Shown: in pieces, positions 51,844 through 61,773 of the stretch | Layout of the letters: every line of letters starts with the position of its first letter | Position numbering within the stretch: position 1 is the stretch's first letter | IMG/VR virus record: IMGVR_UViG_3300025545_000003 | Span: 32,001 to 96,000 of that record | Source of the DNA: a virus | DNA length: 64,000 nucleotides | Strand: one strand, 5' to 3' | Notes under the pieces: generated by a model | Told to the model about the DNA's origin: nothing | The model's database searches: none | The model's input: the letters and a program-made list of their open reading frames with translations, nothing else | Translations under genes and position numbers: made by a program

Positions 51844-54800
51844 GTGACAGCGACAGATCAGATCCTCCGGCGGGCGGTTGAAGAAGCCGTTGACCTGGAG
51901 AAAGAACTCAAGAAAGCGGAGTCCCTGGTCCCTCAGTCCGTGTGGCTGAAGCTCCGCAAGGCGTTTACCCCCAGGGGTTTGCCGTTCTTCGAGTTCTACA
52001 TCCTCCTCAAGAGGATCGAGATGGGCGAAGATGTCCCGGACGACATCCGCAGGATGTTCATGCGGGCCGCCAACCGGCTCCTTCAGATCACCTCCCCCGT
52101 AGACGGACGCAACGTCTCTCCGGCCATCGCCAATCAGATCGCTGAGATCCGCCCGGAGATGAACATGCTCCTCGGGCGGCTCCTAATGGGCCGGACAGAG
52201 GACAACACGACCTGGCGCAAGATCACGGAGTTGTTCGTCCCGCTGTTCGTCGCCGTGGCACGGGACAAAGAGGTCTACATCAAGGCCCGCCCCTACGGCC
52301 CGAGGCGTTGGGGGATCATCCGCAGGATGACAGGGAAGCAGGAGAGCGTAGAGAAGCTGCGGGACAACGATCCCGAAGCCTACGCCCTAACCAAAAAGTA
52401 CAATGCCACGCTGGCCGAGATCGATGAGGGCGTCAAAGTACTCATCACCCGTCAGGGCCTGGAACCTGAGACGGGCTTCATCATGGGCCGCCCCGTCCAG
52501 TACGGGATCAACCAGGAGACTGGCGAGAAGCTCATATTCGACCGGGATGGCGACGTCCTGACTCAGGATGAGTATGTCACCAAGCGCCGGGAGAACGCAG
52601 AGGCCCGCAAGAAGATGGCGCTCATCCCCACCCGCACGGAGGTCCCTGTTCGGGATCTCCTCCGGTTGGACCCCAACGACACTGACCAGCTTCTGGGTGA
52701 GATGGAGTGGGTGTCCCTTACAGATGACAAGGCCAAACAGGGACGTCTAACCCGCATCTTCCCGGTCAAGCAGAAGCCCACCTTCATCGTGGACGAGGAC
52801 GGTGACACAGAGGCTCAGTACCACCCGGTCATCGTGTCCGGGCGGTTCAAGGGCGTCTACCTCGACGACATGGTGAACTCACAGGGCCGCCTCATTGAAG
52901 GCACGGCCTACACGTACAGCGCCACCACGGGGCACGGCGGTAAGGTCCCCGTCCGCATCGATCCCGCTGACAGGGAGCCCTACGTGACTGTGGCCGACGT
53001 GACCACGGTGCGGACGTTCAAAGGCCGCAAGCTCCGCCAGAAGTCACAGAAGCTCTTCTTGAAGGTGCCCGGGTCCAAGGACTACACGGTGCTCAGGAAC
53101 GCCCTCAAGGAACTGGCCTGCAACGTGGGCCGCAAGCGAGGGTGCATCCCAAGCATCACCCACGAGAAGGTGGAGGGCAGCCGTGCGGCAGCCTTCTACC
53201 TCGACCCCAAGGACTTCGGCGTCGTCATGGAGACCCTCCAAGGGATGTCGCTGTCAGCGTCCGCCCTGGAACTGGTCAAGTCCTACTACAAGGACCTCTC
53301 CAACGCAGAGGCGGCCACGGCGGAGGATAACCTTACCAATTACACTGCGGGCAACCTTGGCGGCTTCGTGACCCGCAAGACGGACAGGGAGACGGGCCTC
53401 ATCAAGCCCTTCGACCTGAACGTGATCCAGAAGCAGGCACTGGCCTGGATGGACGCCAACGGCGGGAACGGGGTTCTGGCACCGGAGACGGGCGTGGGTA
53501 AGACCCTCATCGCCATCGCAGGGATGCAGAAGCTCATCCGGGACGGGCTGGCCGACGAGGATGCCTCCTACACCCGGCCCGACGGCAAAGAGATCCAGAC
53601 TAACGGACGGTTCCTCTTCGTGTGCCCGCCTGCCCTCAAGGGCAACCTCCCGAAAGAGATCCGGGCGTTCATCTCGGACTCCAAGGAACTCCGGGCACGG
53701 GTAGACATCATCTCGTACTCAGAGTTCTCCGGGTCGTCCAAGACAGGCAAGCCGCCCTCCCACATCGCTAAGTACTGGAAGCGTCGTCGGTGGAACACGG
53801 CCCTCTACGTGGCCATCTACTTCGACGAGGCCCACAAGATGCGGAACAGGGAGGCAGGCGCTGCGTCGGCAGCCCTGGACCTGTGGCACCCCCGCAAGAT
53901 CTGCCTGACCGCCAGCCCTATGGACAAGCGCCCCATGGACGCCTACGTCCTGACAGCGATCACGAACAACACGCCCCTGAACGGCCCCTCCATTGAGGCC
54001 AAGGACAACCGCAAGGAGATGCGGCGGTTCAAGGAGCGGTTCTGTGAGACCATCGGTGGCCGCATCGTTGGGGTGAAGACCGACCCCCTCGTCCGCAGGG
54101 ACCTGCACACATGGGTAAAGCGGAACATCTACTACGCCGATAAGCGGAACACAGGGGACGAGCTACCCCCCCTCCAGGCTGAGAACATGGTCGCCGTGAT
54201 GCCGCCCCAGGTGGAAGACGCCTACAGGGCGGTCACCGACCAGTTCGCCTACATGATGAAAGGGCTCGCCACCAGGTTCAAAGACAGGGAGAAAGCGGGG
54301 ATCTCAGGCCGCCATCCCGACGTAGAGCGCATCTTCGGCAAGGCGTTCAAGCCCGTCGTCAAGCTGCTCAACGACCTGGCGAACCACCCCGAGATCGCCC
54401 TGACGGACATCGCCCACATGATGCGGACGGAGACGCTCCCCTACCCGGACAAGTTGGGGGACCCGATCCCGCTCCCGCACCAGTTCAAGAGGGCACTCAA
54501 GGTCTGGGCTACCAGGTTCTCCCCGGAGGAGTTGGAGGCGGAGGCCGAACACATCCAGAGTCCGAAGCTCCTGGTGGCCGAAGAGGTCATCCGGGACAAG
54601 GTCGATGCCACGGACGGAGCCAGCCGTGCCCTCCTGTTCACGGACGACACCAGGCTCATCTGGTCGGCGGCCCGTCACATGGCGAAGAAGATCACCGGCT
54701 GGCACGCTGTAGCCCTCAAAGACGAGATCCACTTCATGGACGGGGACGCCCCTATCCAGAAGATCACGTTTGAGATGCCGAGGGACCTCCTGGCCAAGAT

Positions 54801-55404
54801 GAAGCCGGAGAAGCGTGACCAGGTACTCGCCGAGACAGGGGGCGTAACAACGCACACGCTGCCTTTCCATAAGAAGACGTACCGTAGGCACCCCCTGCTC
54901 CCTGCGGGCCCCGACAACGTCCATTACAAGGCCGACAACTGGCAACAGTTCGTCCTCAAGGAGATCATCACGCCCGACAGGCGGATCAGGACGTTGGCGT
55001 TGTACGGCCCGACCTATCAGTACGGGCACAACCTCCAGGCCTTCGACACGGTCATTCACCTCGACCGGGACGGTTGGAACTCTGAGTCCATGAAGCAGCG
55101 GACAGCGAGGGCGTGGCGTCAGGGGCAAGACCAGCCGGTCGACGAGATCACCATCGACGCAGTCTACGACCCGAACACCCCGGAGGCTCAGACGGAACTT
55201 GATGGCACGCTGGACGAGATCCGCAGGTACTTCCAGGAGATGGACGCTGACGTGTTCAACGCCATCATGCGGGAGGCACAGGGACTGGACCTGGGCGGTG
55301 AGTGGGAGGGCCTTGCCCGTCACGAGTCCTCCAAGACCAGGCTGAACCAGGACATCATGGAACTCATGACTTCGCCCTACGTGGGCCGGGTGAGGGGAGT
55401 CTAA
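51844..55404 (+). CDS. SNF2-family (SF2) helicase
   Basis: ETGVGKT, FDEAH, TASP, GHNLQ..QRTARAWRQGQ. Confidence 0.9.
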   Translation: MTATDQILRRAVEEAVDLEKELKKAESLVPQSVWLKLRKAFTPRGLPFFEFYILLKRIEMGEDVPDDIRRMFMRAANRLLQITSPVDGRNVSPAIANQIAEIRPEMNMLLGRLLMGRTEDNTTWRKITELFVPLFVAVARDKEVYIKARPYGPRRWGIIRRMTGKQESVEKLRDNDPEAYALTKKYNATLAEIDEGVKVLITRQGLEPETGFIMGRPVQYGINQETGEKLIFDRDGDVLTQDEYVTKRRENAEARKKMALIPTRTEVPVRDLLRLDPNDTDQLLGEMEWVSLTDDKAKQGRLTRIFPVKQKPTFIVDEDGDTEAQYHPVIVSGRFKGVYLDDMVNSQGRLIEGTAYTYSATTGHGGKVPVRIDPADREPYVTVADVTTVRTFKGRKLRQKSQKLFLKVPGSKDYTVLRNALKELACNVGRKRGCIPSITHEKVEGSRAAAFYLDPKDFGVVMETLQGMSLSASALELVKSYYKDLSNAEAATAEDNLTNYTAGNLGGFVTRKTDRETGLIKPFDLNVIQKQALAWMDANGGNGVLAPETGVGKTLIAIAGMQKLIRDGLADEDASYTRPDGKEIQTNGRFLFVCPPALKGNLPKEIRAFISDSKELRARVDIISYSEFSGSSKTGKPPSHIAKYWKRRRWNTALYVAIYFDEAHKMRNREAGAASAALDLWHPRKICLTASPMDKRPMDAYVLTAITNNTPLNGPSIEAKDNRKEMRRFKERFCETIGGRIVGVKTDPLVRRDLHTWVKRNIYYADKRNTGDELPPLQAENMVAVMPPQVEDAYRAVTDQFAYMMKGLATRFKDREKAGISGRHPDVERIFGKAFKPVVKLLNDLANHPEIALTDIAHMMRTETLPYPDKLGDPIPLPHQFKRALKVWATRFSPEELEAEAEHIQSPKLLVAEEVIRDKVDATDGASRALLFTDDTRLIWSAARHMAKKITGWHAVALKDEIHFMDGDAPIQKITFEMPRDLLAKMKPEKRDQVLAETGGVTTHTLPFHKKTYRRHPLLPAGPDNVHYKADNWQQFVLKEIITPDRRIRTLALYGPTYQYGHNLQAFDTVIHLDRDGWNSESMKQRTARAWRQGQDQPVDEITIDAVYDPNTPEAQTELDGTLDEIRRYFQEMDADVFNAIMREAQGLDLGGEWEGLARHESSKTRLNQDIMELMTSPYVGRVRGV

Positions 55405-55646
55405 TGGGCGACCGCTTACCCGAAACCATGGCCGAGTGGCAGGAATACATCGATGGGCTACGGGGAGCCGCCTTGTGGTCCAAGGCGGTCAACGCCAACA
55501 CGCAACTCTTCGCCGACATCTTGCTGGCGGAAGGTTTCAAGATGGATGACGTGAGGGGCATCGTCACGATGTTCGCCGAACGTCTACTGGTCGATGACCA
55601 GCGCCTCCCCGAACACGGGGCCTACGACATGCGGTCCCTCGTCTAG
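55404..55646 (+). CDS. Hypothetical protein
   Basis: TAATG overlap. Confidence 0.65.
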   Translation: MGDRLPETMAEWQEYIDGLRGAALWSKAVNANTQLFADILLAEGFKMDDVRGIVTMFAERLLVDDQRLPEHGAYDMRSLV

Positions 55647-57007
55647 CACATCAACAGGGAATCCGAACCAGCCTCTTTCACACAGCGGCGGGCCTCCGCC
55701 ACGATAGAAGCCGCACGGTGGGGGCTGACGCCCTCCTCGTGAGCGATCTCCTTGACGGTGAACCCACAGACCCGCATGCGGATGATGCCGACGTAGCGCA
55801 TCCACGCCTTCGGCTTCTTCTCCCGCACGATGTCCTCGATCCGCTCCATGATCCCTTCGAACTGGATCCAGTCGTCTACGGCGTTGGGGGCGTCCAAGGG
55901 TTCAGAGGCGATGTCCATCATTTCGCCTGCGTGCCCGTCATCGCCACGCTGCCACACGATCCGGGGGTCGGACATGGGAGCCGTAACGACGCCGTGCTGA
56001 CGCTCCGACTGAGTCCGTGCCCCGTACAGTTCCCGTGCGACGGGGTCTTTCCCCTCGTCCCGGATGTCCGTGTAACCGGCCCGGACAGCGTAGGTGGACA
56101 GCAGGGAGTCGGGGATCTTCTTGCCTGCCAGAATCCGCTCTCTCAGGCTGTCACGCTGGATCAACCGCAGGAGACAGTTCTGGACGTGGTCCTCGACCCG
56201 GTTCGTGCGGGCTGAGATAGGGAGCTTCTTCGCCACGGCACCGGCCATCATCTTCATCAGGTCGCCCTGGTGGCCGCCGGTCTCCTTGATCCGCTGACCC
56301 AGGAACTCGCCCGTGAGGTTGGCCTTCTTGGCTCCGGTGAGGCGGCGGGCCTCCTCGATCCCTGCGGTGGTCAGCCGCCACTTGCCGTGTCCGGCCTTTT
56401 CCACGTAGGGGATGGCCCGGTCACAGAGGTTCTTCATGGCCCAACGGGCACGCTCCGGGGCCAGCAGGGTGCCATTGGAAGTCTTCACGTCCCAGCCACG
56501 AGGGAGGGCCGCCAAGTCGTACCCCAGAACCTGGAACACGTCCGGGAGAATCTCCTTGAAACTCAAGGGGTCAGGCTCGTAGTCGGTGGCCTGACCCAGC
56601 GCCTTGAGGATGGGTTCGTGGAATAGGGCGGGGGACGGAGCGGGGAGGGGACGGGGGCACAGCTTCTCGGCGAGGGCTACCCCTGCATCGGTGAGTCCCC
56701 ACTTGCCACGGTGGCCGGTCAAGACCATCGGATTCTGGGAACGCCAGTGGAGGCGACGGTACGAGTACCAGATGCGCCGGTCGAAGCCGTTGGGCTTGTC
56801 CCGACCGGGGCGCTGCCAGCCGTCCTTCGGGTCGCCGTACTGACTGAGGTTGTCCGGGTCGTACCCGGCGTCACGGATCACGTCGGGGAGGATGTCCGCA
56901 CTAGAGACCAGAATCCCGCTTTTGAAGTCGGTGGCCTTGCCTAGCTGCTTGATCAGGTGGGGCGTGAACTGTTGGGGAGACGGGAGACAGGGATTCACAT
57001 TGGTCAT
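55643..57007 (-). CDS. Tandem winged-helix plus sigma-factor-like protein
   Basis: Two G..GKW.LT.AG repeats; region-2-like VEDHVQNCLLRL; region-4 HTH GFTVKEIAHEEGVS. Confidence 0.65.
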   Translation of the reverse strand: MTNVNPCLPSPQQFTPHLIKQLGKATDFKSGILVSSADILPDVIRDAGYDPDNLSQYGDPKDGWQRPGRDKPNGFDRRIWYSYRRLHWRSQNPMVLTGHRGKWGLTDAGVALAEKLCPRPLPAPSPALFHEPILKALGQATDYEPDPLSFKEILPDVFQVLGYDLAALPRGWDVKTSNGTLLAPERARWAMKNLCDRAIPYVEKAGHGKWRLTTAGIEEARRLTGAKKANLTGEFLGQRIKETGGHQGDLMKMMAGAVAKKLPISARTNRVEDHVQNCLLRLIQRDSLRERILAGKKIPDSLLSTYAVRAGYTDIRDEGKDPVARELYGARTQSERQHGVVTAPMSDPRIVWQRGDDGHAGEMMDIASEPLDAPNAVDDWIQFEGIMERIEDIVREKKPKAWMRYVGIIRMRVCGFTVKEIAHEEGVSPHRAASIVAEARRCVKEAGSDSLLMC

Positions 57008-57120
57008 CCGGGGTTCCTCCTTAGGCAATCGCTCTTTCGAGCATGAGCCTTGGCTGGGTTTCGACCACCAACTTGAACGGGCTTTCTTACGAGCAGGTTG
57101 CGGTGGTGGCCTGTGCCTTG

Positions 57121-57148
57121 AATGTACCACGCTCCTGTTGCCTGTCAA
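57121..57148 (-). promoter_or_regulatory. sigma70-type promoter
   Basis: TTGACA-N16-TACATT with extended -10 TG. Confidence 0.6.
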
Positions 57149-57252
57149 GGAAAACGCCATCCTAGATTCTGGAATGATAACAAGAACTTGCACGTCGCTC
57201 GGTGTTCGTTCTATACTGGTGTCGTGGTAGACAGTGCTGAAAGGAAGCCAGC

Positions 57253-58437
57253 ATGACGCTGAACACATTGAAAAGAGACCTGGTGGCCCTCAACCGTGTT
57301 GCCCGGGATCTAGCATCCCGTGAGGCCGCTGCGGTCACCGATACGGACAAGCTGACACACAGGGTGGCCTCCCGCTGGGTGTCCGGTGCGTCCGGTGCCA
57401 TGCGCCGTGAGTACGACATCATGCTTCGCCTCCAGACGCTAGAGGGTGCGGCCAACGTCAAGGACGGCATCTGGTGGAAGAAGGGCAAGCGCGGCCTTCC
57501 TCTGGCACAGGCGGCGTTTGAGAAGGCCACAGTAGACCCCGAGTGGTTCTCCACCGGCTACACCCGCATGTATGAGGCGGTCGAGGCCAACGTGGCCCGT
57601 ACCATCTCGTCGATGGGCCTGCCGGTCGAGGCGGACGAACTCATCAATCTGACCCTGATGGGCCAGTCGTTGACGAAGGAGGACAAGGCGGCCACGCCGA
57701 TCCCCCGGTCAGCAGGCAAGACCTTGAAGAGCGGGATCCTGTCCGGCAAGGAGTCCCCTGTCATGGTCGGCAAGGGTGTCATCGCCTCGTGGATCAAGCA
57801 GAAGCTCATTACCCTCAAGCGTGACGCCCCTCCCGAACAGGAGATGCCCACGGACGAGGACGGCAAGGACTACGAGTTCGCTGCCCCGAGTGATGAGCCG
57901 GAGCCCGAATACAGCACCCCGCATGAGTTCCTGTCAGCCATCACCTACCGTAAGATGGGTGACCCGTTGGGCAAGAAGTTCCGTGCCTTGATGAAGAAGG
58001 CGTTTACCAACAACCGGGACTGGTCCCCCGCCATGCTGTACTGGCTGGAGCAGGCCGAGAAGGGCCGCTTCGTGCAGAGGAACCAGATGGCCGATTGGGC
58101 GAACATCTCACCCGGCAGCTTCTCCGTGAACTACTGGAAGGCCGCTTGGGCGGCGTTCTTCAAGGAACTGTGGGCCGACAAGAGCCTCCTCAAGGAGATC
58201 AAGAAGCGCCTACAGGCCGAGGAATTGTTCGACGAGATCGTCAAGCCCGACCTGACCAAGCTCAAGGACGGCAACCCGCTGTCCATCATCCTCCCCCGCA
58301 ACCGGAACCGTAAAAAGAAGAAGGCCGACAGGGACATGGTCGAGCACGTCACCACCCGGTGGATGGACGGCAGCATCATCGAGAAAGTCGTCCACCGTCA
58401 TGTCGCCGAAAGGCCCGACAGCGTCCCGGTTTCCTGA
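57253..58437 (+). CDS. Hypothetical (probable virion) protein
   Basis: 394 aa; RVASRW motif. Confidence 0.75.
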   Translation: MTLNTLKRDLVALNRVARDLASREAAAVTDTDKLTHRVASRWVSGASGAMRREYDIMLRLQTLEGAANVKDGIWWKKGKRGLPLAQAAFEKATVDPEWFSTGYTRMYEAVEANVARTISSMGLPVEADELINLTLMGQSLTKEDKAATPIPRSAGKTLKSGILSGKESPVMVGKGVIASWIKQKLITLKRDAPPEQEMPTDEDGKDYEFAAPSDEPEPEYSTPHEFLSAITYRKMGDPLGKKFRALMKKAFTNNRDWSPAMLYWLEQAEKGRFVQRNQMADWANISPGSFSVNYWKAAWAAFFKELWADKSLLKEIKKRLQAEELFDEIVKPDLTKLKDGNPLSIILPRNRNRKKKKADRDMVEHVTTRWMDGSIIEKVVHRHVAERPDSVPVS

Positions 58438-59160
58438 ACCCCACTCATCCTGCCCCCTTACAGCCCCCTCTGTTTCCTTGACGTCGTGCCCTAACGGCGA
58501 CTACCCTTTGTACTTGGTTCGACCGACCGACCTGATCTCTGAAAATGAGACGTACTGTTGCCGCTCCGGTGCCGTTGAGTACTGGTCCCCTTGGGGATCG
58601 TGGAAAGCCACTGGAGGCAGAGAGTCATAGTCCTAATGACTTGGCAGGTATCCGGGTAACCGGAGGGGAAGCCATTGAGCTTTGAGAGCGCCCCCACAGG
58701 ACGGTCTGTTCTTTGAACATGTCGAACCTCGTCATCTGCGGGACTCCTTGGTCCCCTCGATGGTGAAGGTGATTTGAGGTTTGCCCTTTCCGTATGGGAG
58801 AGGGCCTGGATGGGAGCCTTCAGGTGTAACGAGGAACGCACCTGACCCCGGGTAGCCCATCACGGACTGCGGTAGAATGACCCTGACTCTCAGGACCATG
58901 ATGAGAGAAAAGGGCGTCCGTAGGACGACCGGATGATGAGTAGGGATAGCGGTTAAGATTCCAGTGCTTGTTCTCGTCAACGTAGTAGCGACTGCAACGG
59001 CAGCCGGAAAATCCAGCGCAGGTTACCCCTAGTGGGGCTTGGGCGACGTGTATTAAAAACTCCCAAGTTTGCCTCTCCGCCAAAGTTCCACCCCAATAGT
59101 TTCAAGTTTAGACCCCGGCCTCGGTATTCTGTGTCTACGGGACCTCTGTAGGAGGGTGCT

Positions 59161-59718
59161 GTGACGATCAGGACATCAGAGTACGAACGCTTCGACACCC
59201 GCAAGATGGCTGTGGGCTGCCTGCATATCCTGTTAAGCCGTGCTCATGCGGACTTCCCTGGGACTACAAGGGCTGCTCCTGCACGTTGGGTGGTTGTTCA
59301 GTTGGCCCCTGGAGGGCCTCTAGCTCCCGCCTACAAGGGCTACTTCCCCTACAAGGTCATCTGGTACGTCTGGCAAAACGTGGTCGTTCCTGTGCTGGAA
59401 GACCCGACCTACCAGATCGTGACAGAGGACACGACGTCCCTGCGTGTGTCGTTGAACCAAGCCCTGATTGAGGAGGGTGACTACAAGGGGGTGACCGACA
59501 AGATCGAAGCAGCCCTGATCGTCCGTCTCAAGGAACAGGGTATGGTACAACCGGATGCAGAACCGGAGTCGTCCAGCACGCTGGTTGATCCTGTTGCACC
59601 CGGGGAGCCTATCGTCCTGCCTGACACAGACCCCATGGACACGGGGGACTCCCTTGTGTGGCCGGAGGGGCACCCCAAGTTGACGTACCCCGAAGTGGAT
59701 GGAGGCCCCAATGGCTGA
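59161..59718 (+). CDS. Hypothetical protein
   Basis: RBS AGGAGG. Confidence 0.7.
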   Translation: MTIRTSEYERFDTRKMAVGCLHILLSRAHADFPGTTRAAPARWVVVQLAPGGPLAPAYKGYFPYKVIWYVWQNVVVPVLEDPTYQIVTEDTTSLRVSLNQALIEEGDYKGVTDKIEAALIVRLKEQGMVQPDAEPESSSTLVDPVAPGEPIVLPDTDPMDTGDSLVWPEGHPKLTYPEVDGGPNG

Positions 59719-59929
59719 CGAGAAGAAAAAGGTTCCTGTCCCCAAGACGCTCTGGATCAAGTGCCGTGCGAGTGAGAAGTGTGAGGGCAACCAGGCCGAG
59801 ATCATCATGCAGCGGGCACAGAAGCCCATGGGTCGTGCTGGGGGAGCCTTCAACCTGGCGGAGCGGGCCGGAAAGCTCATCAGATATCGCTGTACGACCT
59901 GCAAGGGCATCTTCCAGATCGGTCAGTAG
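59711..59929 (+). CDS. Small Zn-ribbon protein
   Basis: C....C...CTTC. Confidence 0.65.
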   Translation: MADEKKKVPVPKTLWIKCRASEKCEGNQAEIIMQRAQKPMGRAGGAFNLAERAGKLIRYRCTTCKGIFQIGQ

Positions 59930-59977
59930 GCTCCTCGCCCGCTTTCCTCGGGTAAGATTCCCTTACAGGAGGTAAGC

Positions 59978-60640
59978 GTGGCATCCTGCATATTGCTCCA
60001 CGGGCCTGGTGCCCGACAAGCCGCATACAGCAAGGCCATCGAGGTCGGTCACCTGTCAGGTGATTTCGGAGACACAGAGGAGAAGCGGGCCAAGCCCAAG
60101 AAGGACCAGACCCTCTTCTCCCTGAATGTCGCCGAAGCCCGTGAAGCGATGGCCCTACTGTTGGACACCCCCCTCTATGACTCCGTCGGTTGCGTCGTCA
60201 TAGGCCCCGTGGACGAGGCACAAGCCAAGGCGACCGACGTCCTGCTCAAAGGGATCGAGGAGTTCGCTGAAGGCGTCGTGCAGCCGATCCTGTGGGCCTA
60301 CGACTATGGCTCAGTGTCCGCTACCGTGCGCTCCCGGTGCATGGAACAGTGGGTGCCGGGAGCGGGCGAGTCCGACGAGGATGAAGACCTTGTGGCCACG
60401 GCGTGGGTCGCGGTGGACAACGCCCTGTCCGGTGACGTCCACCTAATCCCGTCTGATGTCCAGAAGTTCGCCAAGAAGACCCGGGATGTGCTGTCCTTCT
60501 TGAAGGCGTCGGCTGATGCGGTCAGTACAGACCTGGACTGCCCCAAGAGACGGGCGCTGTGGGAACGGCTACGCAAGGTGGCCTCGCACTACAACCCGAC
60601 GCCGACGGAGTTGATCTCCGCCTTGATGGGGGTGGGCTGA
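59978..60640 (+). CDS. Clamp loader delta'-like subunit (HolB-like)
   Basis: LLHGP, A.DVLLKGIEE, TVRSRC. Confidence 0.7.
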   Translation: MASCILLHGPGARQAAYSKAIEVGHLSGDFGDTEEKRAKPKKDQTLFSLNVAEAREAMALLLDTPLYDSVGCVVIGPVDEAQAKATDVLLKGIEEFAEGVVQPILWAYDYGSVSATVRSRCMEQWVPGAGESDEDEDLVATAWVAVDNALSGDVHLIPSDVQKFAKKTRDVLSFLKASADAVSTDLDCPKRRALWERLRKVASHYNPTPTELISALMGVG

Positions 60641-61635
60641 TGGCCAAAGAGAAGAAGGCACCCCCGAAGCTGGTTGCCATCGCAGGCACTGACGGGTTCA
60701 ACCGTCGCCGTGCCCTCCGTAAGACCATCCTCGATCAGGAGAAGGTCGGGTGGCGTGTGTCCTACGCTGACGCCACCGACCCTATGTCCATTTGGGACGC
60801 CGCTGCGGCGGACGTGATGTTCGAAGCCCCGGTGCTGGTGGTCGTAGAGAAGCCCCACAAGGGGAAGCTCGATCTGTACCGTGAGTTCATGAAGCGGGAT
60901 GAGGGCGAGTCCGTCCTGTTGCTGTACGTGGACGGGAAGCTGGACACACGGACCAAGGCGGGCAAAGCGTTCGCCGAGTTCCTGAAGAAAGAGGTGAAGG
61001 CCAAACAGATATACGACGAGGCCGAGTCCCCGTGGAAGCGTGAGGAACTGGCCGTCGAGTTCGTGATCATGGAGGCCAAGGACACCTTCGATAAGAAGAT
61101 CTCGTTCCCCCTCGCCAGTGGGATCGTCCAGAGGGTCGGGACAGACAAGGGGCTCATCCACTACGAGTTGCTCAAGATGGCCGAACTGGCCTCCCTGGAC
61201 GGGTCCACCACCATAGACGGCACGCACGTCAAAGGTGGCCTCGCACCTCTAGGGGTGGCCCTCACTACGCCCCTGACGAACGCCCTGTCCCGCAAGGATG
61301 GCGTGAAGGTGGCCAAGGTCCTGGACCGCATCAAGAAGACGAACAAGGGTGACCCCACGATCTACATCTGCCGGTTGCTGGCCTCCACAGTCTACAGGTG
61401 GCTGGGTCCGCTCAGGATGAAGGCGGAGGGGATCGGGTTCAAGGAGGCCGCCCTCCGGCTGAACATCAACGAGTGGTACTACAAGAACAAGCTCGCCCCA
61501 CAATCCGCCATGTGGACTCAAGGCGACGTGCAGGCTCTGATCGGCAAGCTGGCCCTCACCGAAAGAGACCTTTTGACCGGTGCCTTGAACCCCTGGATGA
61601 GTCTGACTGCTCGGCTTCTGGCCTTCTGTGGGTAG
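60640..61635 (+). CDS. Clamp loader delta-like subunit (HolA-like)
   Basis: IAGTDGF..., KLDTR.K, VG.D...ELLK. Confidence 0.7.
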   Translation: MAKEKKAPPKLVAIAGTDGFNRRRALRKTILDQEKVGWRVSYADATDPMSIWDAAAADVMFEAPVLVVVEKPHKGKLDLYREFMKRDEGESVLLLYVDGKLDTRTKAGKAFAEFLKKEVKAKQIYDEAESPWKREELAVEFVIMEAKDTFDKKISFPLASGIVQRVGTDKGLIHYELLKMAELASLDGSTTIDGTHVKGGLAPLGVALTTPLTNALSRKDGVKVAKVLDRIKKTNKGDPTIYICRLLASTVYRWLGPLRMKAEGIGFKEAALRLNINEWYYKNKLAPQSAMWTQGDVQALIGKLALTERDLLTGALNPWMSLTARLLAFCG

Positions 61636-61773
61636 GGTGATGCGGAGGGGGTTCGTTTTCCCTTCTATGAGCCCTACTCTGATGGAGTCCATGATGAAAA
61701 CCCACCCCTCTAATACAGGGTGGTGCTCGTGCCACCCCCTTGCCCGAGGCGTCTTCGTAGGAGTAGTCACACA

